IMG/VR virus record: IMGVR_UViG_3300000571_000003
Location: 21,812-85,811 of that record
Length of the DNA stretch: 64,000 nucleotides
Origin: a virus
Taxonomy: Duplodnaviria; Heunggongvirae; Uroviricota; Caudoviricetes
Reading direction: 5' to 3' (one strand)
Below the pieces are notes generated by a model, which saw only the letters and a list, made by a program, of their open reading frames with translations, had not been told where the DNA came from and did no database searches. A program made the translations under genes and the position numbers. Numbering within the stretch: position 1 is the stretch's first letter; every line of letters begins with the position of its first letter. This document shows, piece after piece, positions 1 through 10,290 of this stretch.

Positions 1-1085
1 AATGTCGTTGCATCAAGCCTCTGATTCTTAATCTGATTAAGCATAATCTGAGGATTTTCCAATAACATTGGTATACCGTATCCCTCAAACTCATTTGGTA
101 ACTTCAAATAAGGTATTTCTATAAATGGAGCTTCCTTAAAATCATATGCAATTGGAACACTTCCGCCACTAAGAATAGGGACATAAGATCCACCAACCAT
201 TACAGCAAATTCATCATCAAATGGTCTCCACCATTCAAAAACTTCATACATTTGAAGTCTCTGGTCTCCATATATATTATATCTATCATCTCCTATTCCT
301 CTATTACTAACAATTGAAGTCTGACCTTTAATAATATATATATGATTTGACTTTACCAACTGCCTTACAGAAGCATAATCAGTTAAATCTCCTCCCCAAT
401 TTAAAAGAGCCATAGCTAAACGCTCTGGATCTGCTTGTGGATACTTTCTCTTTATTTCAGGAGCGGTTAAAACAAGACGTTTAAACCAATATTGCTTACT
501 TTTCCTATCTATATTATGCCAATCATACCAAAGACTGTAATTATCTACCCATTCACAAAATGGAGCATCATAGAAAGTCTTTTTCTTCCACTCATACTTA
601 TATTTCTTAGAAAGAAGATCTTTTGTAGATAAAAATCTATGTTCTCTTACATCTTTCTTCCAACTTGTCTGTAGATATCCAGTTCCATATATTAATGATG
701 AACGAACAGCCAATTCTGCCGTATTGTCCATTTCAGATATCTCCCATAGATAATCACACAGCATCTGTTGTTTTGGAGCCTTTAATTGATCATCTTCAGT
801 TCTGCCTTGAACGGTAAAATCAGGTCTTGCGTCAAGAATACGAGGCATTAATGTTTCAACAACAGCATTTATATATGGAACAAAAATATTTGCCTGCCAA
901 CTCTTGATCTCCTTTTGTCTATCTCCCGTATATGCAATATATAATTTATATGATCTATCTAGTCTCGGTTTTATTGTATTTAAAAAATAATTCCTAGCAT
1001 CTTCCATTTGTAAAAAGAATAATCTACGGAGTTCTAATTCATGTTCTCCATAATCACTAGGATTATAAGGTTGTTGTTGTGCCAT
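1..1085 (-). CDS. putative portal protein, truncated by window start (N-terminus MAQQQPYNPSDYGEHELELRRLFF at 1085)
   Basis: Minus-strand ORF, ATG at 1083-1085 (rc), open to nt 1 (~360 aa visible), absent from supplied track only because it is edge-truncated; lies immediately downstream of terminase large subunit in the canonical terminase-portal order; family assignment by position, not by recognised motif. Confidence 0.4.
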   Translation of the reverse strand, partial: MAQQQPYNPSDYGEHELELRRLFFLQMEDARNYFLNTIKPRLDRSYKLYIAYTGDRQKEIKSWQANIFVPYINAVVETLMPRILDARPDFTVQGRTEDDQLKAPKQQMLCDYLWEISEMDNTAELAVRSSLIYGTGYLQTSWKKDVREHRFLSTKDLLSKKYKYEWKKKTFYDAPFCEWVDNYSLWYDWHNIDRKSKQYWFKRLVLTAPEIKRKYPQADPERLAMALLNWGGDLTDYASVRQLVKSNHIYIIKGQTSIVSNRGIGDDRYNIYGDQRLQMYEVFEWWRPFDDEFAVMVGGSYVPILSGGSVPIAYDFKEAPFIEIPYLKLPNEFEGYGIPMLLENPQIMLNQIKNQRLDATT

Positions 1086-1143
1086 ATATTAATACTGAAT
1101 AGATATCCTAAGTTTATTATAACAAAATTTTTAATATCTGTAT

Positions 1144-3918
1144 CTAATAAGAAAAACCACTAGGGAGATGTGATGCATAATTGAGCTGAGTGAGTGGTTT
1201 ATCATAAAGAACTTTAAATCCTTGATATCCTATGCCGGTTGCCATAATTGTATCATCATGAAACCCTGGCTGTGGCTTCATATTATTAGATGCATCATAA
1301 ATGAACGTAGACATCTCATCTAAAATTTCCTTACTATGTATTATTAAAGTCTCATCTCTAACTGCTTGTGCAAAATCATCTATCAATAATGGCCTTGTAA
1401 GTTTTGTAGTCTTCCACCCAAGTTTTACACCCCATGCAGACGCAATCTTTTCAAAATGAGCTGGTCTGAAATACATTGATGGATATATTAATTGTTTTAA
1501 AACAGTTACTGTTGTAAGTCCATGATTATTAATTTCTGGAATCATGAGTGCATTATTATATCTTCTACCCCATGCATTTAATTTTGCTCCAAACTTATCT
1601 GGCTCTATATGTCCCTTAAAAAATGCTACCTCTTCGCCAGTCATCCTATCTAATATTACTGCAACAGAATAATCTCCACCATCTACTCCTTCTGCAACAT
1701 CTGCTCCAACAACATACAACTTACTCATTTCCGGTTCTCTATATATCCTTAGATCATCAGATATTCTAACTTTATATTCCGTTCCATCTGGTGCTTTTAC
1801 ATTATCACCAACAAGTAATACATTCTTTCTTTGTCTTCTAACAGCCATCTGATCAAATACCATTCTTCCTGATGCAAGAAATTCAAGACTATACTCTTGA
1901 GCAAACTTACTTGGATTATTCATTCTCCTTTCAATGGTCTTTATCTCCTCTTCTGTATAATCCCACCACCATCCATACTCTTTCTTTATATAATCATTAT
2001 CGTCAGCCATCCACATTCTATGATATACGTTTCCAATGCCTCTAGGGGTTTGATGACCAATAATTCCACTATAGGTTACAGTATGACCGTCATCAACCGT
2101 AAAATCATAAACATTCTCTTCTATTGGAACTATTGAAACAATATTATCATAATAATATTTTTTATCATATAATTCTTTTATATCTTCATATGTTTTTGAT
2201 TCTTTATTTCTACATATATCCAATATCATACCCAGTATCTTATATGTAATATCACCACTCTTAGAATAAAAACTTTTATTTAATCCTCTTGATATATCAG
2301 AATATTTCAATCCAAGCTCTTTCATGTACTTTTTTAATATCAATCCAACCCCCGGTATTTTTTCAAGACGACAAAAATTATATTTCCTTAATATTTTTCC
2401 ACAATCCTGTTTTCTTTTAATTCTAAATCCAATTTTTTCTAAAAATATAATACTATGACTTTCTTCAATCTCTAACTTATACCCACTAGACCAAACTTTT
2501 ACCTTTTTACTTGGTGGAGCGTTGTAAGTATACGTCCTACTTATTATTCCAAAATTCAAAAGAATAACTCTTAATACATCAATCATTTTTTTACTGGTGC
2601 TTATAAAAGAAACCGATCCGCGATCTTTTCTACAACTTCCATCAGCATCAAATAACCCCTGTAAAAATGAAACAACATTATCTCTACTCCACGATAGAAC
2701 AACCACTGGTATCTCTTTTTTAGGTGCCTTTGTTTTTTTCCATCCTATAAAAATATTTAAAAATTCAACAAAAGACTCATTTTTACATATATAGTGATAG
2801 TAATCATCACCATTTGATTGTTTAAACCTTAGACCAAAAGGTTGGTTTAACAAAAAACTAGAAACATCATCATCAATAGTAGTAACAACAACTCTTCCTT
2901 GTTTAAAATCAATATAGCCATCGCCCAATATCAACCCAAGCAAATATGCTAAATCTGAAGTTATCTCTTTCGGATTAAATAATTTTATAAAACCCTTATT
3001 AAAACCATATTGCGTTGGTTCCCAATCAATACTGTTATTATTTCCCCATATCTCTTGTCCATATTTTATCGCCAAAAAATCCCCAATACGTAAATTTTTT
3101 GATTCTATAAACTCCAATTTTTCTCCTCTTAATACATACAACTTATGCACAGATGACATCCCAAGTTCATAGCCATGCTTTGTTTTAATCCTATATCCAT
3201 TTTTTATTCCGCTATTATAATATGTTTTTGTTGGTTTTAAACCGTAGTGCCCATCAAGCAATATTTTTTTACCCTCTGAAAAACCTAAAGAATTATTTTC
3301 CCAATCATGAATATCTTCAACAAAAACAAGTCCATTTTCTGTTAATACAATAGTATCACCAGTGACACATGACTCAATTATAATCTGTCCGCCAATTGGA
3401 ACAGATGCCTCAAGTGTAGACATTTTTTCTTCTGCCTTTTCCCATGCAGAAAGTTCAGTTAAAAGAACATTGTGCAAAGTGTAGCCTCTACCTACATTTT
3501 CTGTTGAAGGAAGAACAATAATCTTAGAATCTATTGCTGGAAAACTTATTTCAGACTTAGAATTATATTGAATCTTTGGCCGTATGGATTCTGGAGTAGT
3601 TCTATGAAATGTCTTGACCTTATCTAAAAGTTCCATCGTAAGTTCAGAATTATATCCTATCAATGCCGTATTCACGCCTGGCGTTGTAATTGTTTTATGA
3701 TAGAGATATCCTGTTACAGCAGATGAAAATCCCATCTGCCGAGCCTTCAAGATTATGACACGATTATTATGTTTTAATGTATTGAAAAGATCTTTCTGAG
3801 CCTCTTTCAAGATAAATGGAGCCAAACCTCTATCTTTGGTTTTAATTTGGCAAAAATTTTCGAGATAAAATTTTGGATCTTTTATCTTTTGTATTAAATC
3901 TGTATCTTTTATATTCAT
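1144..3918 (-). CDS. terL: terminase large subunit (ATPase + RNaseH-like nuclease) carrying an in-frame intein
   Basis: N-extein ILKARQMGFSS Walker-A-like motif of terminase ATPases; C-extein EYSLEF..., acidic nuclease motifs LYVVGADVAEGVDGGDYSVAVILD and FHDDTIMATGI; residues 184-623 are an intein. Confidence 0.8.
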   Translation of the reverse strand: MNIKDTDLIQKIKDPKFYLENFCQIKTKDRGLAPFILKEAQKDLFNTLKHNNRVIILKARQMGFSSAVTGYLYHKTITTPGVNTALIGYNSELTMELLDKVKTFHRTTPESIRPKIQYNSKSEISFPAIDSKIIVLPSTENVGRGYTLHNVLLTELSAWEKAEEKMSTLEASVPIGGQIIIESCVTGDTIVLTENGLVFVEDIHDWENNSLGFSEGKKILLDGHYGLKPTKTYYNSGIKNGYRIKTKHGYELGMSSVHKLYVLRGEKLEFIESKNLRIGDFLAIKYGQEIWGNNNSIDWEPTQYGFNKGFIKLFNPKEITSDLAYLLGLILGDGYIDFKQGRVVVTTIDDDVSSFLLNQPFGLRFKQSNGDDYYHYICKNESFVEFLNIFIGWKKTKAPKKEIPVVVLSWSRDNVVSFLQGLFDADGSCRKDRGSVSFISTSKKMIDVLRVILLNFGIISRTYTYNAPPSKKVKVWSSGYKLEIEESHSIIFLEKIGFRIKRKQDCGKILRKYNFCRLEKIPGVGLILKKYMKELGLKYSDISRGLNKSFYSKSGDITYKILGMILDICRNKESKTYEDIKELYDKKYYYDNIVSIVPIEENVYDFTVDDGHTVTYSGIIGHQTPRGIGNVYHRMWMADDNDYIKKEYGWWWDYTEEEIKTIERRMNNPSKFAQEYSLEFLASGRMVFDQMAVRRQRKNVLLVGDNVKAPDGTEYKVRISDDLRIYREPEMSKLYVVGADVAEGVDGGDYSVAVILDRMTGEEVAFFKGHIEPDKFGAKLNAWGRRYNNALMIPEINNHGLTTVTVLKQLIYPSMYFRPAHFEKIASAWGVKLGWKTTKLTRPLLIDDFAQAVRDETLIIHSKEILDEMSTFIYDASNNMKPQPGFHDDTIMATGIGYQGFKVLYDKPLTQLNYASHLPSGFSY
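2050..3369 (-). mobile_element. intein (~440 aa) with LAGLIDADG homing endonuclease domain, inserted in terL
   Basis: Begins CVTGDTIVLTENG (Cys1, block A); two LAGLIDADG motifs LAYLLGLILGDGYI and FLQGLFDADGSC; ends VYDFTVDDGHTVTYSGIIGHQ followed by Thr (penultimate His, C-terminal Gln rather than Asn). Confidence 0.7.
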
Positions 3919-3920
3919 AT

Positions 3921-4457
3921 TTATTCATAAATACTTTTGCTAACATCCTCTTCTAATTCTAATTCCTTTTGCTTTCTAACACTATCAGGAATCTCTGGTG
4001 TCTTTACCTCATAGTCAACATCTATTTTTGCTGATTCCAATACGCCAATATCTCTATTTTTTTCTATAGTCTTCATTAGAACCTCCTCCCATCCAGATGT
4101 GTCACCGCCTTCATCCTCTCTATAAGAGTCTAATCCTAAAGATTTTAATAATATCTGATATCCCTTTAATCTTACATCATCTTTCTCCGCAGTATCACAA
4201 ACATTCTTAATACCGCTTGCTATGTAATCAAAGTTTATACCAAGTTTTGAAAGAGCTCTATGATATTCTTTTCTAATTGATAATTTATCAAAAGTCCTAT
4301 ATACATCAGCAACACTTCTTGCTCCTATCATATCTCTTAATTTCTTTGGGTCATTAGTGACTGCCATTGCTTTCAATAGCAAAACTTGTTGCATCGTATT
4401 CTGCGTTGTTGATTTATAGTAACCATTTACATATGTTACTGGTTTTAATTTCTTCAT
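3921..4457 (-). CDS. hypothetical protein, candidate terminase small subunit
   Basis: 178-aa ORF immediately upstream of terL with stop/start overlap; assignment by synteny only. Confidence 0.3.
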   Translation of the reverse strand: MKKLKPVTYVNGYYKSTTQNTMQQVLLLKAMAVTNDPKKLRDMIGARSVADVYRTFDKLSIRKEYHRALSKLGINFDYIASGIKNVCDTAEKDDVRLKGYQILLKSLGLDSYREDEGGDTSGWEEVLMKTIEKNRDIGVLESAKIDVDYEVKTPEIPDSVRKQKELELEEDVSKSIYE

Positions 4458-5116
4458 AGTATTTTATATCCACCCGATACGTTTTTCCTCATATTATTTC
4501 TTATATATGGAGAACATATCGCTACAGGATTAATTATTGTATACATTTTCTTATTTATTTTATCATTATGACAAAGTGCATGATTTATAACATAGTCCAT
4601 AAATACATCCCACTTCAACTTTTTATCTTCAGCCATTTGTAATAGATCCAATCTATCAGGCATCTGTGCAACTATCGTAAGAAAATCAATAGTAACGTGC
4701 TTATATGGATATTTATAATATTCAGGTTCTTCAAATGGATTATGTTTGTCAAAGTCCTTAAAAAAATCTTTAAAATATGAAACTATTTTTGAATAATAAG
4801 GATTTCTTGAAAAAACACGATAATCAATACCAATAAAATGCCTCATGTAAACACCGAATGCTCCATTTATGACAAAATAATTCGGTCCGGTCTTTCTCCT
4901 TTTATATCCTTTATATTCAAATCCAAAATGAAGCCAAGAAAATCTTACAATCATGTCAAAAATATTCTCCATTATCCTTCGTAACTCAGATTCGAAAAGA
5001 TTATTATATTCACTATTCGATATCCCATTTCCATTAGTTACATATTCTATTTTACATTTTCTTACAGCAGTTTCTCTTGTATAACAATCTTCGTATGTCT
5101 TTGGATATTCCTTCAT
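4454..5116 (-). CDS. hypothetical protein
   Basis: 220-aa ORF, 4-nt overlap with downstream gene (translational coupling). Confidence 0.5.
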   Translation of the reverse strand: MKEYPKTYEDCYTRETAVRKCKIEYVTNGNGISNSEYNNLFESELRRIMENIFDMIVRFSWLHFGFEYKGYKRRKTGPNYFVINGAFGVYMRHFIGIDYRVFSRNPYYSKIVSYFKDFFKDFDKHNPFEEPEYYKYPYKHVTIDFLTIVAQMPDRLDLLQMAEDKKLKWDVFMDYVINHALCHNDKINKKMYTIINPVAICSPYIRNNMRKNVSGGYKIL

Positions 5117-5146
5117 ATATATTTATTATATTCATAATGACTCTTA

Positions 5147-5602
5147 TTACATCTGTGGTTGCATAGGTTGTTGCATTTGATCAGTCTGTTGTTGTGGCAT
5201 CTGTTGACCTTCTTGAGCACCAGTCTGTTGATCTTGTGGTTCTCCTCCTAATAATATATTCATTGCATTTTCAAATATAGCAAGAAGATCTGGATTTCGT
5301 TCAGCGAGTTTATCCATAAAATCTTGTATCTGCTGAGGATCGTTTGGATCTATTCCCGCCTGTTGCAATAATTTTAATGCTTGTCTTAATGCAAGAACTC
5401 TCTCCTCTTCTTTCTTATTTGTTGCAACTATTCTATTCGAATTATACCTTCTGTATTCATTCTCCATCTTTGAAAACTTATCATCAAGATTTTGCTTCAT
5501 CATCGATTGATCTTGAGTTGATTGTCCTTGTACTCCTAAAGATTGTGGAGGTGTTGCACCCAATACAGATTGCAACGCTCCCTGTTGTATCATATCTGGC
5601 AT
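5147..5602 (-). CDS. hypothetical Gln-rich protein
   Basis: 151-aa ORF, Q/P-rich termini (MQQPMQPQM C-terminus). Confidence 0.45.
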   Translation of the reverse strand: MPDMIQQGALQSVLGATPPQSLGVQGQSTQDQSMMKQNLDDKFSKMENEYRRYNSNRIVATNKKEEERVLALRQALKLLQQAGIDPNDPQQIQDFMDKLAERNPDLLAIFENAMNILLGGEPQDQQTGAQEGQQMPQQQTDQMQQPMQPQM

Positions 5603-5603
5603 A

Positions 5604-8600
5604 TTATTTTTTCTTAGATAATGTATTCGCCATAAAATCTAAATCCATTTGCGATGTTGGTAAACCTGCGGTTGAAAATCCGGTTCTCATTGTTCTTGAT
5701 GCAGGATGTTCTTTTCTCTTCATTCCTTGAACATCCTCTCCACGAACTGCTCTTGCAAGACCTCTAAATCTATAACTTGGAACAGTCTCTATCGCTGCCT
5801 CTGATAATGGTGTTAAACCTGCTATTGCACCAGCTACCGCCAGAGGACCTGACGGTGTCAGAGCCTCACCTAATTGCCTTAAAGCATATCCGCTCTTCTC
5901 TAACGGTGTAGCCGTGGCTGGATATATCGGAGTACCGAATGAGCTTTGCGGTTGTTCTCCCTGAAGCAACATCGGTTGTATAATATTATCAAATATAACC
6001 TGTCCAACAGGATCCTTTAATAATGGTGAAGAATCTACCATTGATGTCATTCTATCAGGAAATTGATCTGAATACTTCCTACCGTTTTCTGTAAACATAT
6101 TAAAAGACAAATATGGAATCATATTTGTTACATTCAGATACAAAGGATTTTCTCTTGAGAATGGTAACTTAACCATTCCTGTCTGACTAAAATTTGTATA
6201 ATATCCCTGAAGCATTGCTTCCTTTTCTAATGGAGTTTTAGGACCAGATATCTCACTCATTAAAAAGTTTATTTTATTAAATACCGCAGGATTATATAAT
6301 GCAGACTCTATAGTTTTCGCACCCATACCATAGGAGAATGATGCGAACGGTGAGCCTAATATTGGCAATGATCTAAGTATCTTTACTGCAGCAGGCATAG
6401 CTGCGTAATTCATATATATAATACTAGAAAATTCTAATGCCTTTTCTGGTTTTAATCTATAGAGATATCTTCCGCCGCTCTTATATTTTTCTTCAATATC
6501 AGTATATTTCATTGGAATAGCTCTTGATATCTTAAGAAGTTCTCCCTCACTAAATCCATTTGTAATGGCATGTACGAATAGACCGAGTTTGTGAGATTGA
6601 TCTATACGCTCATATCCAGAAACTCCTTTATTTATTATTGCATCTATAGCCTTAGCGGCAAGATTTGTATTTTGATTACTCTCAGCCCAATTTTTTATTT
6701 TCAAATAATATTCACTATTACCATACATCTCTGCAGAAAAAGATGTTGGAAGTTCTTCACTTGAAATTTTACCTTCTTTTAAATCTTTTCTATATTTCTG
6801 TAACGGAGTACTCTTCATCTCACCCTTTAATTGTTTTAATTTTTTTATAAGATCTACAGCATTCAATGTAACACCTACTTCTTCGGCATTTTTCTTAGCC
6901 ATTTGTAATATTGCATCATCACTAAAACTTCTTTCATTAAGTCCTATTACTTTACCAAAAGTATTTTCATGTTCTTTTATAAAATTAAGAATATATGATG
7001 AAGAAGGGTTATCAGGTGGAAAATATTTTTTCATGAAATTAGCACCATTTCCTGTTAGGAAATCCCATGAATCTTTAATGGCGCTAAAATAAGAACGGCG
7101 TGTTATATCAACTCCAGCAAGAAACGCCATAGTAGGATTTCCTACTGCCGCATTAACAATCGCAGATGGACTCAAGGCATTAACCTTTGCACCCTTAAAG
7201 AAATTTATAAATCCAGAATATGCATCCAATGTATTCTTAACCCATGGTGTACCATTTTTTGTTTTTATCTCATTAAGCATTTTTACCTTTTCGTCATACC
7301 ACTTCAAACCAGTCTTTTCAGTATCAAAGTCTTTTGCAGCCATCCGAGCCTCATCAGTAAGTATTTTTACGAGATCCCTTTGTACATATGTTTCATTAGC
7401 CTCACCAAGCATCCTTTGTGAATTAGTTAAAGCATCTTCAGACCGTGTTATAGAAGATGGAGACTTTGCCGCCAATATACTCTCATCAACCATTTCAGAA
7501 AGTTTTCTAGCAGGAGCCTCTTGTACTCTCTGACCAAGTGGTGTATCTGGCATCATATCAGACATCGATCTTACTGGCTTATAATCTCCATAAATACCTG
7601 TTACCTCATCAAAAGCTTTTTTTACCTCTTCTTCATTCGTTGATATAACTTCACCGGTTACAGGATCTCTTACTATTTCTAATTTAGGAATCTTTTTTTC
7701 TCTTAAATTCTTTAATTTATCCTTTAATATTGCCTGTCTAAACCATACACCGGGATTCATATCAAATGCCTTTAAAAGAGACTCCCCATAAGGCAATTCC
7801 TCAACTTTTTCTCTAACTATATCCCCAAGCGAAAGATATGCCTGTTTTGCCTTATTCCAACCAGCTGGTTCTAATGATGCACGCTCATCTAATATGCCTT
7901 TAAGACTATTTTTCATTATATTTTGGTATTCATCAGTAGAAGAAATCGATTTTTCCTGCATTTGAGCTATTTTTTCCTTAAATTTACTTAATCCTAGTGC
8001 TTTTCTCTGCTCATCTGTAAGATTTCCTAACTTTAACCCTTCTTTTTCAATGGCTTTAACCGCATCATCTATGCCTTTTTGCCCAGAACCCGTTAATATA
8101 CGTGAAATAGTCGATGCTTTACCTAAAAAACCACTCTCTGCGCCCTTTAAAGCCCCTTTTGAACCTCCTTTTATCAATCCAGCCCCTATTCTAGGTATTA
8201 AAGCGCCAGTTCCTGCAGTTGCCCAGTTTACAGGGTCAAATGTAACATCCAACATAAAGCCTAAAGGAGCTGAAACATAGCCAGGAGCACCTACTTTACG
8301 TAAAACATCACCAAAATTCTCCTTAACAGTGAGGTTTCTAGACACATTCTGCCAACCTGGTACGGATCCTGTACCTGTAAGAGCCTGTACACCACCTACG
8401 ATCCCATGTAATGGAGCTGAAAGAGCCCCTAAACCCTTTTCTAATAGACCTTCATGCCGTTTACCTCCTCTTTCCTCTGGAGCCTTACCTTTTCCATACC
8501 ACTCAGCCTGTTTAACCTGGCTCTCAAGTACATCTTTTTGATTCTGTAGTTTCCTAATATTTATTTCAGATAACAAATCAGACCGTGTAGGGTTCTCAGT

Positions 8601-8720
8601 GTTTGTATATGCGGTAGGAGATTCACTTAAAGCAACTTCACTATATCCAAGACTTTTATTCAAATCAGAAATACGCTGAGACATTTGTTCAGGCGTTAAT
8701 TTTTCTTTAGATGCTGGCAT
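5604..8720 (-). CDS. large hypothetical protein (1038 aa), possibly virion/internal protein
   Basis: Long uninterrupted ORF with Gly/Ala-rich N-terminal third (GAGLIKGGSKGALKGAESGFLGKAST); upstream of terminase genes in same operon; no recognised catalytic motif. Confidence 0.55.
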   Translation of the reverse strand: MPASKEKLTPEQMSQRISDLNKSLGYSEVALSESPTAYTNTENPTRSDLLSEINIRKLQNQKDVLESQVKQAEWYGKGKAPEERGGKRHEGLLEKGLGALSAPLHGIVGGVQALTGTGSVPGWQNVSRNLTVKENFGDVLRKVGAPGYVSAPLGFMLDVTFDPVNWATAGTGALIPRIGAGLIKGGSKGALKGAESGFLGKASTISRILTGSGQKGIDDAVKAIEKEGLKLGNLTDEQRKALGLSKFKEKIAQMQEKSISSTDEYQNIMKNSLKGILDERASLEPAGWNKAKQAYLSLGDIVREKVEELPYGESLLKAFDMNPGVWFRQAILKDKLKNLREKKIPKLEIVRDPVTGEVISTNEEEVKKAFDEVTGIYGDYKPVRSMSDMMPDTPLGQRVQEAPARKLSEMVDESILAAKSPSSITRSEDALTNSQRMLGEANETYVQRDLVKILTDEARMAAKDFDTEKTGLKWYDEKVKMLNEIKTKNGTPWVKNTLDAYSGFINFFKGAKVNALSPSAIVNAAVGNPTMAFLAGVDITRRSYFSAIKDSWDFLTGNGANFMKKYFPPDNPSSSYILNFIKEHENTFGKVIGLNERSFSDDAILQMAKKNAEEVGVTLNAVDLIKKLKQLKGEMKSTPLQKYRKDLKEGKISSEELPTSFSAEMYGNSEYYLKIKNWAESNQNTNLAAKAIDAIINKGVSGYERIDQSHKLGLFVHAITNGFSEGELLKISRAIPMKYTDIEEKYKSGGRYLYRLKPEKALEFSSIIYMNYAAMPAAVKILRSLPILGSPFASFSYGMGAKTIESALYNPAVFNKINFLMSEISGPKTPLEKEAMLQGYYTNFSQTGMVKLPFSRENPLYLNVTNMIPYLSFNMFTENGRKYSDQFPDRMTSMVDSSPLLKDPVGQVIFDNIIQPMLLQGEQPQSSFGTPIYPATATPLEKSGYALRQLGEALTPSGPLAVAGAIAGLTPLSEAAIETVPSYRFRGLARAVRGEDVQGMKRKEHPASRTMRTGFSTAGLPTSQMDLDFMANTLSKKK

Positions 8721-8754
8721 AAAATTTTAAAAAAATATATTCTCATCCAATATA

Positions 8755-8783
8755 AGTATACCACAAAGGAAGAACAAGTATAA
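8755..8783 (-). promoter_or_regulatory. weak promoter-like element upstream of 5604..8720 gene
   Basis: On minus strand TGTGGTATACT extended -10 resembling the TGTGCTATACT of the strong promoter family, with a poor -35 (TTATAC) 17 nt upstream. Confidence 0.25.
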
Positions 8784-8784
8784 T

Positions 8785-8818
8785 AAAAGCGAAAAATCCA
8801 GCTCTTTTACAAGCTGGA
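8785..8818 (-). terminator. intrinsic terminator after gene 8874..9176
   Basis: Minus-strand hairpin TCCAGCT-loop-AGCTGGA followed by TTTTTCGCTTTT. Confidence 0.5.
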
Positions 8819-8873
8819 CCGCATATATAACCTAAACACTATAGCTAAATAGGTGTAGGCGACTTCTCGTTTA

Positions 8874-9176
8874 TTATACCTTACTATTCTTATTTAACAT
8901 ATTCTCTTTAAATTCAGCCCACCGCTCATCATCTTCATATCCTCTAGATACCAGATAAGAGTACATATCCTCTTGTTCAAAATTATTTAAAAGGTTCCAT
9001 GATTTATAACCAGAAAGAGCATTAAAATTATTTAATATAAACTCAAGATTCTTTTCCTTCCAACTCTCGCATAAAATAATAAATGGCAATAGAGATGTTA
9101 TTGTAACAGCATCAATATCAATTCTTTCTTCAATTTTTGTTAAAGCATCTTTTTCTTTCTTACTGTTTTTTTTCAT
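8874..9176 (-). CDS. hypothetical protein
   Basis: 100-aa ORF in minus operon. Confidence 0.4.
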   Translation of the reverse strand: MKKNSKKEKDALTKIEERIDIDAVTITSLLPFIILCESWKEKNLEFILNNFNALSGYKSWNLLNNFEQEDMYSYLVSRGYEDDERWAEFKENMLNKNSKV

Positions 9177-9188
9177 AAAGCATATATC

Positions 9189-9503
9189 TTACATATTAAA
9201 ATATTTCTTTAACTTATAATCAACCATAAACTTAATTGTTTTTTTAGAAGATATTTTTCTCAAAGAACCGGTTTTAACATCCCTCATAACCCTACCTTTA
9301 TGAACAGTTATAACAAAATCACCAAAATTAGGGAGCCTCACAACACCAGTTCTTTTAAGTTCCTGCACTATAACTTTAACCATTGAATAAAAAACATCCT
9401 TCACCAATTGTTCTTTAATATAGTTACATCTGAAAGATACAAGCTGAAAGAACTGATCAGCTTTTATATGATCCATCTTACTTGGTTTATGACTCCGTGC
9501 CAT
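9189..9503 (-). CDS. HU/IHF-family (histone-like) DNA-binding protein
   Basis: GVVRLPNFGDFVITVHKGRVMRDVKTGSLRKISSKKTIKFMV matches the HU beta-arm pattern (GFGxF...R.GRNP.TG..I.I......F). Confidence 0.55.
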   Translation of the reverse strand: MARSHKPSKMDHIKADQFFQLVSFRCNYIKEQLVKDVFYSMVKVIVQELKRTGVVRLPNFGDFVITVHKGRVMRDVKTGSLRKISSKKTIKFMVDYKLKKYFNM

Positions 9504-9533
9504 GATTGAAGTTCCTTAATTGAAGTTCCTTAT

Positions 9534-9743
9534 CTAAAGATGTGAATGTGTATTAGTAGTAACTCTCTGAGCACCATTACCAGTTACATTAGTACTATTA
9601 GTAATCCAATAAGGTTGTGCATACGTCCAGTTTGAATAACTATTACCCCATTCCTTATTGCAACTCTTACAATAAGTTTTATCACAAGAACGACAATAAG
9701 AAACATCATTGTGCTCACAATGATTATGATGTTTGTGATTCAT
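9534..9743 (-). CDS. small His/Cys-rich protein, putative metal-binding
   Basis: MNHKHHNHCEHNDVSYCRSCDKTYCKSCNKEW; first gene after promoter. Confidence 0.35.
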   Translation of the reverse strand: MNHKHHNHCEHNDVSYCRSCDKTYCKSCNKEWGNSYSNWTYAQPYWITNSTNVTGNGAQRVTTNTHSHL

Positions 9744-9880
9744 ATATGTATCACTAAAAAATAATTAAAACTACATGCCATGAAGTGGGCGAATTTTAAT
9801 TCATTGGTTTTGTCATACATAATCTTGGTAGAAAAGTAAAGAACTATTATTCGCCAACACTTCTTAGCATATTAAAATAC

Positions 9881-9909
9881 AGTATAGCACATTCTTAACC
9901 ACTTGTCAA
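9881..9909 (-). promoter_or_regulatory. sigma70-type promoter (family copy 1) driving minus operon 9743->1
   Basis: Minus strand reads TTGACA-17nt-TATACT within ggtaCTTGACAAGTggttaagaaTGTGCTATACTgta. Confidence 0.6.
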
Positions 9910-9942
9910 GTACCTTTTGAAAATGAATGTTTTACCGTAGAA

Positions 9943-10017
9943 ATAGAATATTTTTTATAGAATATTTTTTATAGTGTGCTATAAATGTTTCAAAAAAAAT
10001 AGAATATTTTTTATAGT
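9943..10017. repeat. three copies of AGAATATTTTTTATAG in divergent intergenic region
   Basis: Copies at 9943-9959, 9960-9974, 9999-10017 flanking TGTGCTATAAAT. Confidence 0.7.
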
Positions 10018-10124
10018 AGGATTAGAAAACTTCTTAAAAACTCTCTGGAAGCGGATGGGTTCCTTACCATATAATACCAGAAATTTTTACAAAGTGAAAC
10101 AACCACTCCCCCCAACCGTGTGTT

Positions 10125-10163
10125 GCGCCCCTTCGGGGCGCTTAATACTATTCTTTTGTTATT
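10125..10163 (+). promoter_or_regulatory. GC hairpin (GCGCCCC-TTC-GGGGCGC) followed by 21-bp motif TAATACTATTCTTTTGTTATT (copy 1)
   Basis: Seen directly; hairpin 10125-10141, motif 10143-10163; function unknown (terminator or regulatory element). Confidence 0.35.
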
Positions 10164-10246
10164 CTTTTATTCTTCTCTGCATCTCTGTGTGCTTCTTGGC
10201 CGACAGCCCACGGAAAATATGCGCGGGAGAAGAGATGTGTTCTTTG

Positions 10247-10267
10247 TAATACTATTCTTTTGTTATT
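10247..10267 (+). promoter_or_regulatory. 21-bp motif TAATACTATTCTTTTGTTATT (copy 2) upstream of gene 10291
   Basis: Exact repeat of 10143-10163; candidate alternative-class promoter. Confidence 0.3.
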
Positions 10268-10290
10268 ATTTATTCTTAACATACAAATGT

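Noticed and set aside
1897-2794. Short plus-strand ORFs inside terL
   Set aside because: They are antisense to a strongly supported gene, with no start context.
9974-10249. Track ORF 9974..10249 (+) and N-terminal extension of 10120..10494
   Set aside because: Both span iterated repeats, a GC hairpin and the 21-bp motif copies. The real coding start appears to be the ATG at 10291.
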